Assembly: GCA_049970055.1 (NCBI GenBank)
Contig: JBMFNR010000003.1
Coordinates: 128,001 to 192,000 of the forward strand
Direction of reading: 5' to 3'
DNA: 64,000 bases
Source of the DNA: Fervidobacterium sp.
Lineage (GTDB): Bacteria > Thermotogota > Thermotogae > Thermotogales > Fervidobacteriaceae
Under the pieces are notes generated by a model. The model had not been told where the DNA came from and did no database searches. It saw nothing but the letters and a program-made list of their open reading frames with translations. A program made the position numbers and the translations under genes. Of the stretch, positions 47,640 to 57,119 are shown piece by piece (within the stretch, counting starts at the first letter, position 1; each line of letters opens with the position of its first letter).

Positions 47640-48830
47640 ATGGAAATTGTAGCGAAAATAGTTGACGGTGTGTATTACGTTGGGATGAATGACAGAGATA
47701 CGCATTTATTTGAAAATATTTGGCCACTGCCAAAAGGGGTATCATACAACTCTTACTTGATTGTTGACGAAAAGACTGCCCTGATAGATACTGTTAAAGT
47801 GAACAAAATGAAGGATTACATCGAGAAAATAAATCAGATCTTGGATGGAAAACCCCTTGATTATCTCATAATCGATCACATGGAACCGGATCATTCTGGT
47901 GCAATTTCATCGATAATCCACGCATTTCCAAATGTAAAGATCGTTGGCAACAAGAAAACATTTGAATTCATCAAAGCTATGTACCATTTGGAAGGGAACC
48001 TCTATGAAGTCAAAGACGGTGATGAAATTATCCTTGGAAAAAGAAAATTGAAATTTTTCATGACGCCAATGGTACATTGGCCAGAGACGATGATGACTTA
48101 CGAAGTGAACGATAAAATACTCTTTTCCGGTGATGCGTTTGGCGGATTTGGAACACTCGATGGAGGTATTTTTGATGACGAGGTTGATGTTAAATACTTC
48201 GAAAATGAAATAAGAAGATACTATTCGAATATAGTAGGTAAATTTGGTCCCATGGTACAAAAGGCCCTTCAAAAGCTTAGCAATTTAGAAATTAAGGTTG
48301 TATGTTCAACCCACGGTCCTGTGTGGCGTACAAACCCTGGCCGTATAATATCTGCATACGACAGGTGGAGTAAATATGAATACGAAGAGGGCGTTGTAAT
48401 AGCGTATGGAACAATGTATGGCAGCACAGAGAAAATGGCGGATTATATTGCAAGGGTATTAGCCGATGAAGGTATTAAAAACATACGCGTTATGAACACT
48501 TCTACAACACACGAATCTTTCATAATAAATGAAATATGGCGCTTTAAAGGGATCATACTGGGCACTTGTACGTACAACAACTGGATCTTCCCACCGATGG
48601 AAAATTTAGTAATAAACCTTTCTCACAAGGGACTCCCGAATAGAGTATTTGGCGTGTTTGGCACATACGGTTGGAGCGGTGGAGGAGTTAAAGGAATAGT
48701 TGAATACATCCAGAAAAACAAGTGGGAAATGATTGGAGAACCAGTCGAAGTTCAATTTTCTCCAAAAGAAGAAGATTTTGAAAAATTGAGAAGACTTGCA
48801 GTCGAGATGGCAAAAGCAGTGAAAAAATAA
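47640..48830 (+). CDS. fprA: Flavodiiron protein (A-type flavoprotein FprA)
   Basis: GVSYNSYL, HMEPDHSG, VHWPE, FSGDAFG, THG; flavodoxin domain YGTMYGSTE and FGTYGWSGG; start placed at ATG 47640. Confidence 0.92.
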   Translation: MEIVAKIVDGVYYVGMNDRDTHLFENIWPLPKGVSYNSYLIVDEKTALIDTVKVNKMKDYIEKINQILDGKPLDYLIIDHMEPDHSGAISSIIHAFPNVKIVGNKKTFEFIKAMYHLEGNLYEVKDGDEIILGKRKLKFFMTPMVHWPETMMTYEVNDKILFSGDAFGGFGTLDGGIFDDEVDVKYFENEIRRYYSNIVGKFGPMVQKALQKLSNLEIKVVCSTHGPVWRTNPGRIISAYDRWSKYEYEEGVVIAYGTMYGSTEKMADYIARVLADEGIKNIRVMNTSTTHESFIINEIWRFKGIILGTCTYNNWIFPPMENLVINLSHKGLPNRVFGVFGTYGWSGGGVKGIVEYIQKNKWEMIGEPVEVQFSPKEEDFEKLRRLAVEMAKAVKK

Positions 48831-48847
48831 CCCGATAAAAATTCAAT

Positions 48848-48876
48848 AAAAAGCCAGGTCTTCACCTGGCTTTTTT
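48848..48876. terminator. Bidirectional terminator
   Basis: AAAAAGCCAGGT-CTTC-ACCTGGCTTTTTT between convergent genes. Confidence 0.85.
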
Positions 48877-48902
48877 CATTTCTATTACCAATTACCCGAC
48901 AA

Positions 48903-49859
48903 TTACCAAACGAGATTTGGCGGAATTCTTCCTTCTAGCGCTTCTATAATGTTTACTGCCACCATTTCAGACATCTTTTCTCTTGTTTCGTAAGTGGCTG
49001 AACCTATATGTGGTAAAAGCACCACGTTTTCAAGTTTTTCCAAACCGTGAGTGAGCATTGGTTCGTTTTCGTAAACATCTAATCCGGCTCCAGCTATTTT
49101 ACCTTCTTTTAAAACTTCATACAGAGCTAATTCATCTATAACTGGACCTCGCGCAGTGTTAACGATTATCGCGGATGGTTTCATAAGCGCTATACGCTCT
49201 TTGTTTATTAAGTGGTATGTATCATTGGTCAGCGGTGTGTGTATTGATATAACATCAGAAACACTCATTAGTTCATCAAGTGGTAAGTAAGACGCGTTGA
49301 ATTGTTTTTCAACATCTTCTGAGAGTCGCTTACGGTTGTGGTAAACGATCTTCATGCCAAACCCTATGGCACGTTTTGCAACAGCCTGACCGATGCGTCC
49401 CATACCAACGATTCCCAGTGTCTTACCAAAAAGATCGTAACCCAAAAATAACTTTGGTTTCCAACCTACGAATTTTCCTTCCCTGACAAATTTGTCGGCT
49501 TGCACTATCTTCCTTGCCACAGCTAATATTAGCGCAAAAGCAGTATCAGCGGTTGCATCCGTCAGTACGCCTGGTGTGTTTGTTACATATATTCCTCTTT
49601 CTTTTGCAGCTTGAATATCTATGTTATTGTACCCCACTGCGTAATTTGCGATAATTTTTGTTCTTTCAAGTGCGTATATAAAGTTTCTATCGATTGTATC
49701 TCTTAATTGTGTTATAATTCCATCCGCGTTCTTGGAACGCGCAATCATTTCCTCTTGACTTAGAAATTCTTCACCCTTATAGACATCAACTTCGTAGCCT
49801 CTCTCAATGAGCAAATTAATACCTTTTTCTGGTATATCGTATGTTACAAAGATCTTCAC
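48903..49859 (-). CDS. gyaR: D-glycerate dehydrogenase/glyoxylate reductase (D-2-hydroxyacid dehydrogenase)
   Basis: NYAVGYNNID, TNTPGVLTDATAD, GMGRIG, NTARG, LDVYENEP and PHIGSA motifs. Confidence 0.88.
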   Translation of the reverse strand: MKIFVTYDIPEKGINLLIERGYEVDVYKGEEFLSQEEMIARSKNADGIITQLRDTIDRNFIYALERTKIIANYAVGYNNIDIQAAKERGIYVTNTPGVLTDATADTAFALILAVARKIVQADKFVREGKFVGWKPKLFLGYDLFGKTLGIVGMGRIGQAVAKRAIGFGMKIVYHNRKRLSEDVEKQFNASYLPLDELMSVSDVISIHTPLTNDTYHLINKERIALMKPSAIIVNTARGPVIDELALYEVLKEGKIAGAGLDVYENEPMLTHGLEKLENVVLLPHIGSATYETREKMSEMVAVNIIEALEGRIPPNLVW

Positions 49860-51016
49860 ACGTGTTCACCCCACCACTTAATTTCTACACCTTCTATGAA
49901 GACCTTTTCTACCTTTGCTTGTGGTAAGAATGGATCATTATCCCAGATAACAATATCTGCGTCTTTCCCTTCTTCAATAGAACCAACCCTTTCGTCAATA
50001 TTCAGTATCTTGGCAGCGTTAATTGTTAACATCTTTAAAATATCTTCTCTATTTGCCCCGAATCTCATAGCAATGGCCGCATGCATATTTGCAAATTCAA
50101 GATGGTTAACAGGGTGGTCAACCATAATAGCTGTCAGCACACCTTTTTCGTTAAGTATTCTCACATTTTCATAGGTTTGATCTTTAAGTTCTATTTTTGT
50201 TCTAAATCCAAATGGACCAACGACAACCGGCACGTTGTTTTCGACTAAGTAATCAGCAACCTTGTACGCTTCCGTACCGTGTTCTATTACAAGTTTAAAA
50301 CCAAATTCCTTTGCTATTCGTATTGCAGTAACGATATCTTGAGCTCTATGTGCATGTATTCTTGCAGGAATTTCACCCCTTAGAACAAGTTCACCAACTT
50401 CAAGTTTTGGATCTCTATCAAGAAATACACCTTCTTTTTCTATTGCTCTTCTCTTCTTTTCGATATAATCTTGGACTTTGATAAAGTACGCTCTCATAAT
50501 TGCAGCTATTCCAAGTCTTGTTGAAGGTAATTTCTTAAGTTCCCCATAAACTCTTTTTGGATTTTCACCGGTTGCCATTTTCAATCCTGCGGGAGCCTTT
50601 ATAACACATTTATCTACAATGTTTGATTTAAATTTAATGATAGCACCTTGCCCACCTATAACATTTGCACTTCCCGGTAAGATCATAACCGTTGTAAAAC
50701 CACCATCGAGTGCCCTTTTTATAGCCACATCATATGGATTAAACGCATCGATAGCTCTAACATCGGGTGTTACTGGTTCACCTATTTCATTACCATCCTG
50801 CATAGCTCCAACGGATTCTTCATATAAACCAATATGTGAATGTGCATCTATAAAGCCAGGGAGTACATATTTACCTGCTACGTCGATAATTTTATCCGCT
50901 TTGACTTTAATCTTTCTCCCAACCTTAGCTATCTTGCCATTCTCGATAAGTACATCCCCGATAAATGTTCCGTTTGTGACTGTAACAACACTTCCACCCG
51001 TTATAAGCACTTTCAT
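49856..51016 (-). CDS. Amidohydrolase (imidazolonepropionase-like family)
   Basis: PGFIDAHSHIG, PGSANVIGG, LKMATGENPKRVY, IHAHR, EHG, DHP and GKDAD motifs. Confidence 0.88.
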   Translation of the reverse strand: MKVLITGGSVVTVTNGTFIGDVLIENGKIAKVGRKIKVKADKIIDVAGKYVLPGFIDAHSHIGLYEESVGAMQDGNEIGEPVTPDVRAIDAFNPYDVAIKRALDGGFTTVMILPGSANVIGGQGAIIKFKSNIVDKCVIKAPAGLKMATGENPKRVYGELKKLPSTRLGIAAIMRAYFIKVQDYIEKKRRAIEKEGVFLDRDPKLEVGELVLRGEIPARIHAHRAQDIVTAIRIAKEFGFKLVIEHGTEAYKVADYLVENNVPVVVGPFGFRTKIELKDQTYENVRILNEKGVLTAIMVDHPVNHLEFANMHAAIAMRFGANREDILKMLTINAAKILNIDERVGSIEEGKDADIVIWDNDPFLPQAKVEKVFIEGVEIKWWGEHV

Positions 51017-51268
51017 ACTACCACCCCCAATTTCAAAGTAGAATTTCTTTGACTATTATACCATTTTCTATTTTGTACGTAAAGCGAACAATTTTCCCTT
51101 TTAAATTGTTTTTGGTCAGCTAAATACTAACATGAGCATTTAGAGACGAAAATTTTGTTTAGTTTATGAGTTTCGAAAATTTAACAATGTAACATCATCA
51201 TTTTTTTAATTTTTGTGGTAAAATTTTACTCGGAATTAAGAAATTTAAATAGAAAGGTTGAGGAGCTG

Positions 51269-54235
51269 ATGAGGTGGGAAATAAAACAGGTAGATGAGGA
51301 GCTTGTAAACAAGCTTGCCGAGAATTTAAATGTCGGCAAGTTAGTGGCGAAGTTATTAGTTTTGCGTGGTATAACGGATGTAGAACAAGCACGGAGGTTC
51401 TTGTATCCAACGAGACAGTTACTTCGTTCTCCATTTTTACTCAAGGATATGGATCGGGCTGTGCAGATATTATTACAAGCTCGGGAAAACGAAGAAAAGG
51501 TTATTATCCACGGTGATTACGACGTTGATGGAATTACCGGTACGGCTGTTTTATACACATTCCTTTCTGAAAACGGCTGGAATGCTAATTATTATATTCC
51601 AAAGCGTGTAGATAATGGATACGGAATCCAACCACAATTCGTTGAAGAAGCCGCTCAAAGAGGGTTCAAAGTTATCCTCACTGTTGATTGTGGTATCACA
51701 GCTTTTGAGGCTGTTGAAAAAGCTAAAAACGTAGGTATAAAAATTGTCATAACCGACCACCACCAACCTAAAGAAATCTTACCTAACGCGGATGCCATTG
51801 TAAACCCGAAAAGACCTGATGATCAATATCCATTTAAGGAGTTCGCCGGTGTAGGTGTAGCTTATAAATTGATCTGTGCGTTAGCTGAAAAAATTAACAT
51901 ACATCATTCCTCCGCTGATGAAGTACTCGATCTTGTTGCGCTTGGTACGGTAGCTGATATGGTTGAATTGATTGACGAAAACAGGTACATTGTGAAAGAA
52001 GGGTTAAGGCGCCTAAATAATGCTCCAAAGCTTGGAATAATAAGACTTGTTCAAAAACTTGGAATTGGAAACATAAGCACCAGGGACATAGGATACAAAA
52101 TAGCCCCAAAATTAAATGCTGCTGGCAGACTCGATTCTCCTGATGACGCATTTAAATTGATAATTACAAAAGATGAGGCAAACGCAACGGAATTAGTTGA
52201 GATTTTGCTTGGATACAACACTACAAGACAAGAAATAGAAGCAAAGATATACAATGAGGCTATTGAAATGATAGAGCGTAATAGTTTCGATAGACTACCT
52301 ATTGTTGTCGCCTACGGCTATGGATGGCATATAGGAGTTATAGGTATTGTTGCAACAAGACTTGTCCATTTGTACAAAAAACCAGTAATGGTTATATCGA
52401 TAGAAGATGGAGTTGCAAGAGGCTCAGCGCGAAGCATTCATGGTGTTAATATAATAAGTTTACTTGAAAGATTTCGAGATATATTTGAGGACTTTGGCGG
52501 TCACACAATGGCACTGGGTTTCAGTTTAAAAGAAGAAAATATACCAGGACTTATCGATGCGATTCGTGAAAAAATAAGCGATGATGACATCAAAATTGAA
52601 GAAGTCCTGCTCGTGGACGAAAAAATATCGGTTGACGATATATCTAACGATCTTTTGGATGCCATAGAAATGTTAGAACCCTATGGCCATGGAAATCCAG
52701 AGCCAGTCTTTCTCATAGAAAACAGTTCAATTGAGCGTCTTAAAGTTTTTGGTGAGACAGGATACAACATACGTATCACTTTAAGAGGTAACAGAAATAA
52801 TATAGAAGGTGCCGGTTTTGGATTGAAAGTTTCACCTAATGATTTTTACGGGATTCAGCCACAGTTTATCAAAGTAGACGTCGTTGGAAATTTAAGGCGA
52901 GGTGACTCTGGACCACAATTAAATGTACTTGATGTAAAAATTCGTCACACAAGTGATGAAGATATTGTTGAGCGGGCGTTTTTGCATTCTTTTGCAGCAA
53001 ATTGGAAGCAACAAAAGGAAGAAGATTATGATCACAGTCACATTGAAGATGATATCCTTTTGCGTCTTGAAAAAGTGTCTGATCTGTATAGAATAAAAAC
53101 GCCTGTATTGTTTAGATTTAAAATGCACTACAGAAATGCATTTTTGTACGATCTAATGAAAAAGGGAAGGGTCTTGATAATTAATCCTTCAAGTGCAGAA
53201 GCAGTACATCTTTACGAAAGTCTTCAGAGGCATGACATCAATGGATTAGTACTCTTGAATTCAGTCAACAGATCTAATGGAAAGCACGTAATTACAAACG
53301 CAGTATACGCAAATGAACTAATTAGTCCAAACCAGTTCGATTTTGTCGTTCTGAACGAAATACAATTTTTGAAAAACTTCGATGAAAACTTATTTGATAG
53401 AACAATCCAAAAGTTTGGGAGAAAAGCTTTATTTACTACTATCTTCAATTTTGAAACGAACCTTCCAGTCTACGAGGTTGATGGAAAGTCAGAATTTTCT
53501 ATCGAAGACAAACGTAATCAACCAAAGTCACTGAACAATACAAATTCATCTATTGTATACCTCTTTTCGTCTCACAGCTCAGTTGAGGTATTTTTCAACA
53601 ATTATATAAGGAAAATGTCAGCCAGAGATACAATTTTTTACTCATCACAACTTGCTCCATTTCAAAGGCTTATCATATCAAATCTTGTAAGGAAAAGAAA
53701 AATTAAAAAACTTATATCATCAACGAATAACGATGGTCTACCATCACTATTTGGTAAAGTGGAAGCTCGTCTATTCGATTTTCCTTATACTTTTAGCGAA
53801 ATAATCGACGCTGTCAGTGGCGAAGGAAATGTCCTGATGCAACTAAATTATTCTTCTCAAGATGTTACAAAACGCTATGAAGCTTTGAAGAAACTTTTTC
53901 CTTCATCTGACGAACTTGAAAAGCTTATAGACGAATTGAATATTTATCTTCCAATGAAATTGGAGGAGTTTGAGGAAATAATTTCGAATTATTCCATTAC
54001 AAAAGGAGTTATAAAAAGTGTCTATAAAGATCTGGATGGAATAGATGGTAATATAGTAAAACCTGTAATATTTGATCCAAATAAAGTCATCAGAGTAAAG
54101 GAAAGAGAAATAGAACTGTCGTATTTTGAAAGGTACACACTTCAGCTCGAATCTTTGTCAATGAAGGAAATTTACAGATTCATAGAGGAGAGATATCTAC
54201 ATGACGCAGAGATTATGCTATATTTTAAGGACTGA
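51269..54235 (+). CDS. recJ: Single-stranded DNA exonuclease RecJ with a C-terminal extension of about 420 aa resembling a degenerate SF2 helicase
   Basis: GDYDVDG, TVDCGI, TDHH, LGTVAD, LNAAGR, RGSAR, GGH and LEPYGHGNPEP; start placed at ATG 51269. Confidence 0.95.
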   Translation: MRWEIKQVDEELVNKLAENLNVGKLVAKLLVLRGITDVEQARRFLYPTRQLLRSPFLLKDMDRAVQILLQARENEEKVIIHGDYDVDGITGTAVLYTFLSENGWNANYYIPKRVDNGYGIQPQFVEEAAQRGFKVILTVDCGITAFEAVEKAKNVGIKIVITDHHQPKEILPNADAIVNPKRPDDQYPFKEFAGVGVAYKLICALAEKINIHHSSADEVLDLVALGTVADMVELIDENRYIVKEGLRRLNNAPKLGIIRLVQKLGIGNISTRDIGYKIAPKLNAAGRLDSPDDAFKLIITKDEANATELVEILLGYNTTRQEIEAKIYNEAIEMIERNSFDRLPIVVAYGYGWHIGVIGIVATRLVHLYKKPVMVISIEDGVARGSARSIHGVNIISLLERFRDIFEDFGGHTMALGFSLKEENIPGLIDAIREKISDDDIKIEEVLLVDEKISVDDISNDLLDAIEMLEPYGHGNPEPVFLIENSSIERLKVFGETGYNIRITLRGNRNNIEGAGFGLKVSPNDFYGIQPQFIKVDVVGNLRRGDSGPQLNVLDVKIRHTSDEDIVERAFLHSFAANWKQQKEEDYDHSHIEDDILLRLEKVSDLYRIKTPVLFRFKMHYRNAFLYDLMKKGRVLIINPSSAEAVHLYESLQRHDINGLVLLNSVNRSNGKHVITNAVYANELISPNQFDFVVLNEIQFLKNFDENLFDRTIQKFGRKALFTTIFNFETNLPVYEVDGKSEFSIEDKRNQPKSLNNTNSSIVYLFSSHSSVEVFFNNYIRKMSARDTIFYSSQLAPFQRLIISNLVRKRKIKKLISSTNNDGLPSLFGKVEARLFDFPYTFSEIIDAVSGEGNVLMQLNYSSQDVTKRYEALKKLFPSSDELEKLIDELNIYLPMKLEEFEEIISNYSITKGVIKSVYKDLDGIDGNIVKPVIFDPNKVIRVKEREIELSYFERYTLQLESLSMKEIYRFIEERYLHDAEIMLYFKD

Positions 54236-54434
54236 AAAGCCTGTTGAAAGCGCGAAAAAACTAAGAGAAATGGGAATATGCGCGAAGGTGTTTCCTGATC
54301 CCAAGGCACCATCAAAGTTAATCGTAGCCATAGAAACAATCAATGACCAAGTTCAGAAAACTTTTGGTGAATTCAAAGCACTTGGAGGAAATATCGTTGA
54401 TGAGTATTATAGCGATCGATTACGGCAAGAGTAA
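54201..54434 (+). CDS. Small hypothetical protein (77 aa)
   Basis: SD GAGGAG then ATG; overlaps the recJ end and the yqgF start, bridging the gap; alpha/beta-like composition. Confidence 0.65.
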   Translation: MTQRLCYILRTEKPVESAKKLREMGICAKVFPDPKAPSKLIVAIETINDQVQKTFGEFKALGGNIVDEYYSDRLRQE

Positions 54435-55071
54435 GTGTGGTTACGCCGTTGGAAATGTATTTGTCAAGGAGAGTGGAACTGTCAAAACTCAAGAACTTTT
54501 GGAAAGGATTAAAAGTTTCCAAAAAATAATTCTTGGCTTACCTTTATCGATGAGTGGAAATTATTCGACACAGACATTTGAAGTGATAAAGTTTGGTTTG
54601 AAATTACTTACCAATGGCAAGGATGTTTATCTACTCGACGAAAGATTAACAACCAAAATGGCAAAAACTTATCAAAAGAAAGATGACGACAGATTCAGTG
54701 CTGAACAACTGTTACTTGAATATATCGAGAGTCCAAACCGTGCTAAGGAACTTATCAAGTCTAAAGTCAAGCAACCATATGAAATTAGGGCCGACTTCGC
54801 TATTTTTGTTGAAGTGCCATACGATGAAAATTTTTCTGTCTCTTCAGCTATTGCCTACAGTAAGGACGCATATTTAGCATACACACTGTTTTCAAAAGGT
54901 TTCTTCGTTTACAGAGTTTTTAAAGATTTTCTTTCTGCACTTGAAAATCTTGAAAAAGAGCCAGATTATATTATAATGAATAACGAATGTAGAGAAAAAA
55001 TGTCTATTTTAGAAAAAGTAGAATCAATTACAAATGTTACTGTTTGTGAATTTTCATTGGAAAATTTTTAA
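54400..55071 (+). CDS. yqgF: YqgF/RuvX family nuclease (pre-16S rRNA processing) with C-terminal extension
   Basis: IAIDYGKSKCGYA, LGLPLSMSG, LDERLTT and DD..SA motifs; start placed at ATG 54400 behind GGAGG. Confidence 0.85.
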   Translation: MSIIAIDYGKSKCGYAVGNVFVKESGTVKTQELLERIKSFQKIILGLPLSMSGNYSTQTFEVIKFGLKLLTNGKDVYLLDERLTTKMAKTYQKKDDDRFSAEQLLLEYIESPNRAKELIKSKVKQPYEIRADFAIFVEVPYDENFSVSSAIAYSKDAYLAYTLFSKGFFVYRVFKDFLSALENLEKEPDYIIMNNECREKMSILEKVESITNVTVCEFSLENF

Positions 55072-55089
55072 CTGTTCGTCTTATCATGT

Positions 55090-55166
55090 GTGCTCGTAGC
55101 TCAACTGGATAGAGCGTCGGACTCCGGATCCGAAGATTGCGGGTTCAAGTCCCGCCGAGCACACCA
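55090..55166 (+). tRNA. tRNA-Arg(CCG)
   Basis: GTGCTCG...CGAGCAC-A-CCA; anticodon arm TCGGA-CTCCGGA-TCCGA; T-loop GGTTCAAGTCC. Confidence 0.95.
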
Positions 55167-55231
55167 AGATATGAAGACATCTAAAAACCAAAAACATCGA
55201 AAAAATTATTGTGTGTAGGAGGTAAGTATAA

Positions 55232-56314
55232 ATGAGCCATAATTTAGAAGAGGTAAAAAAACTGGTATTTGAAACGGACGTGGATGCTATACTTGTTTTG
55301 AATATCGAAGGATCAAATAGCGTTACGACCAGATATTTATCCGGCTTTACTGGAAGTTTTTCTGCGCTTCTAATTACACCGAAAAGGCATATAATTGTTA
55401 CTGATTCAAGGTATTGGACGCAAGTAAAACAAGAAAGTGATTTCGAACTTGTTAAGTACATTCCACCGAAAACATTTTTAGATACCGTTGCTGATCTTGT
55501 CAAATCTATGGAATTCCAAAAAGTGGCCATTGAAAAAGATAGAATCTCAGCTAGTCATTTTGAGGCATTAAGTGAAAAATTGAAGATTGAATTCGAAGAC
55601 ATTTCCTCTTTGTTATTTAATATAAGGGCGAAAAAGTCTGACGAGGAAGTCGAGAAAATAAAAATAGCAGTTCAAATAGCACAAGAAGCTTTTATGAAAA
55701 TGCTCGAAATAGCAAAAGTCGGTATGAAGGAATATGAGCTGGCATCTTACTTAGAATATCAGATGAAACTACTTGGTGCCGAAGATAAAGCCTTTGATAC
55801 GATAATAGCTTCTGGATATAGAGGGGCACTCCCACACGGGAAAGCTTCCGATAAAATTATTGAAAAGGGGGAACCGGTTGTCGTTGATTGGGGTGCAAGG
55901 TACAAAGGATACAACAGTGATATAACAAGAGTATTTTGTATCGGTGAACCTGATGACAAAGTAAAGCAGATTCACAAAGTTGTTTATGAGGCTCAACAAA
56001 AAGCTCTTAATGTAATCAAAGCAGGGATAACTGGGAGAGAAGTTGATGGAATTGCGAGAAACCACATTACTGAATGTGGGTATGGTGAATACTTTGGACA
56101 TGGTCTTGGACATGGTCTTGGTTTGGAAGTTCACGAAAACCCAAGCCTGAGCTATAAAAATGATAAATTGCTTGAAGTTGGAAATGTAGTTACCGTGGAA
56201 CCCGGAATTTACCTCGAAGGTGAATTCGGTATAAGAATAGAGGATGACGTTGTTATAAAAGAAAATGGTTGTGAAATCTTAACAACCCTAACGCGAGAGC
56301 TTATAATTATATAA
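55232..56314 (+). CDS. pepP: Xaa-Pro aminopeptidase/prolidase (M24B)
   Basis: YLSGFTGS, TDSRY, ALPHG, DWGA..YNSDITR, HGLGHGLGLEVHE, TVEPGIY and GIRIEDD. Confidence 0.92.
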   Translation: MSHNLEEVKKLVFETDVDAILVLNIEGSNSVTTRYLSGFTGSFSALLITPKRHIIVTDSRYWTQVKQESDFELVKYIPPKTFLDTVADLVKSMEFQKVAIEKDRISASHFEALSEKLKIEFEDISSLLFNIRAKKSDEEVEKIKIAVQIAQEAFMKMLEIAKVGMKEYELASYLEYQMKLLGAEDKAFDTIIASGYRGALPHGKASDKIIEKGEPVVVDWGARYKGYNSDITRVFCIGEPDDKVKQIHKVVYEAQQKALNVIKAGITGREVDGIARNHITECGYGEYFGHGLGHGLGLEVHENPSLSYKNDKLLEVGNVVTVEPGIYLEGEFGIRIEDDVVIKENGCEILTTLTRELIII

Positions 56315-56339
56315 GGACTAAACAAGAGGTGTTTATTAT

Positions 56340-56621
56340 TTGAACAATAAAAAGCCAAATGAGAAGGGTAAAAAAATTGTTAATAACCTTGGCCACGAAC
56401 TATCAAAGATTAATATCGTATCCAATTTTGGTTTTACAATAGCTGGAAATATACTTGTAAGTATAATGATTGGTTTATTCTTTGGCAACATATTTGGAAA
56501 GACAAAATTGTTTTTGATCATATTTTCACTACTTGGTTTAGTTTCCGGTATTTACAACGGCATTAGATATTTGATGAAAGAAGTTGATCGTTATGAAAAA
56601 GAGGAAAAAGATAACAGATAA
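56340..56621 (+). CDS. atpZ: ATP synthase accessory protein AtpZ/gene-1 type
   Basis: Two-TM small protein (GFTIAG..IGLFF..LLGLVSG) first in the atp operon. Confidence 0.75.
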   Translation: MNNKKPNEKGKKIVNNLGHELSKINIVSNFGFTIAGNILVSIMIGLFFGNIFGKTKLFLIIFSLLGLVSGIYNGIRYLMKEVDRYEKEEKDNR

Positions 56622-57117
56622 CGAAAAAATACCTCTCAGATTGCAAAAATCAAAATCTTACCAGCAACTTGTGAAGATGGCAAAAGGTTCACAAGATGAG
56701 GAAAGTTTAAGTGAGCACTTGTATGTGCCAAGGAAGATGAATTTTGATGAACAAACGAAAGCAGTTCTTAACAATATTTTAAAAAAGATTATTAAGAGAC
56801 TTATCCCGCTGTTGCTAGTTGAGGTATCAGTTCTTTTACTTTTTCGTACCTTTGATGCTATAATAGGAGTATCATTGGGGACAATCGGTGCTATTTTGGG
56901 TTTGATATTTATTGCAAGAAGCTACGAAGATTATGGTATAATATCCATTGGGACAATAAGAATTCCAAAGGTATACGGAATTAGGTATTTTTTTTATGCC
57001 TCCTTGTTTTTACTTTCTGCGATACTGTCTAAAGAGCCAATGTGGGGTATCATTGGAACATTTATTGGGATGATTAATTTAAAGTTTGTTGTTTATTTAT
57101 TTTCCTGGAGGTGGTAG
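56593..57117 (+). CDS. atpI: ATP synthase subunit I-like membrane protein
   Basis: Four hydrophobic segments, YGIRY motif, immediately before atpB; start uncertain. Confidence 0.6.
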   Translation: MKKRKKITDNEKIPLRLQKSKSYQQLVKMAKGSQDEESLSEHLYVPRKMNFDEQTKAVLNNILKKIIKRLIPLLLVEVSVLLLFRTFDAIIGVSLGTIGAILGLIFIARSYEDYGIISIGTIRIPKVYGIRYFFYASLFLLSAILSKEPMWGIIGTFIGMINLKFVVYLFSWRW

Positions 57118-57119
57118 AT

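Noticed and set aside
55084..55530. 148-aa minus-strand ORF
   Set aside because: Overlaps tRNA-Arg and the peptidase gene in antisense
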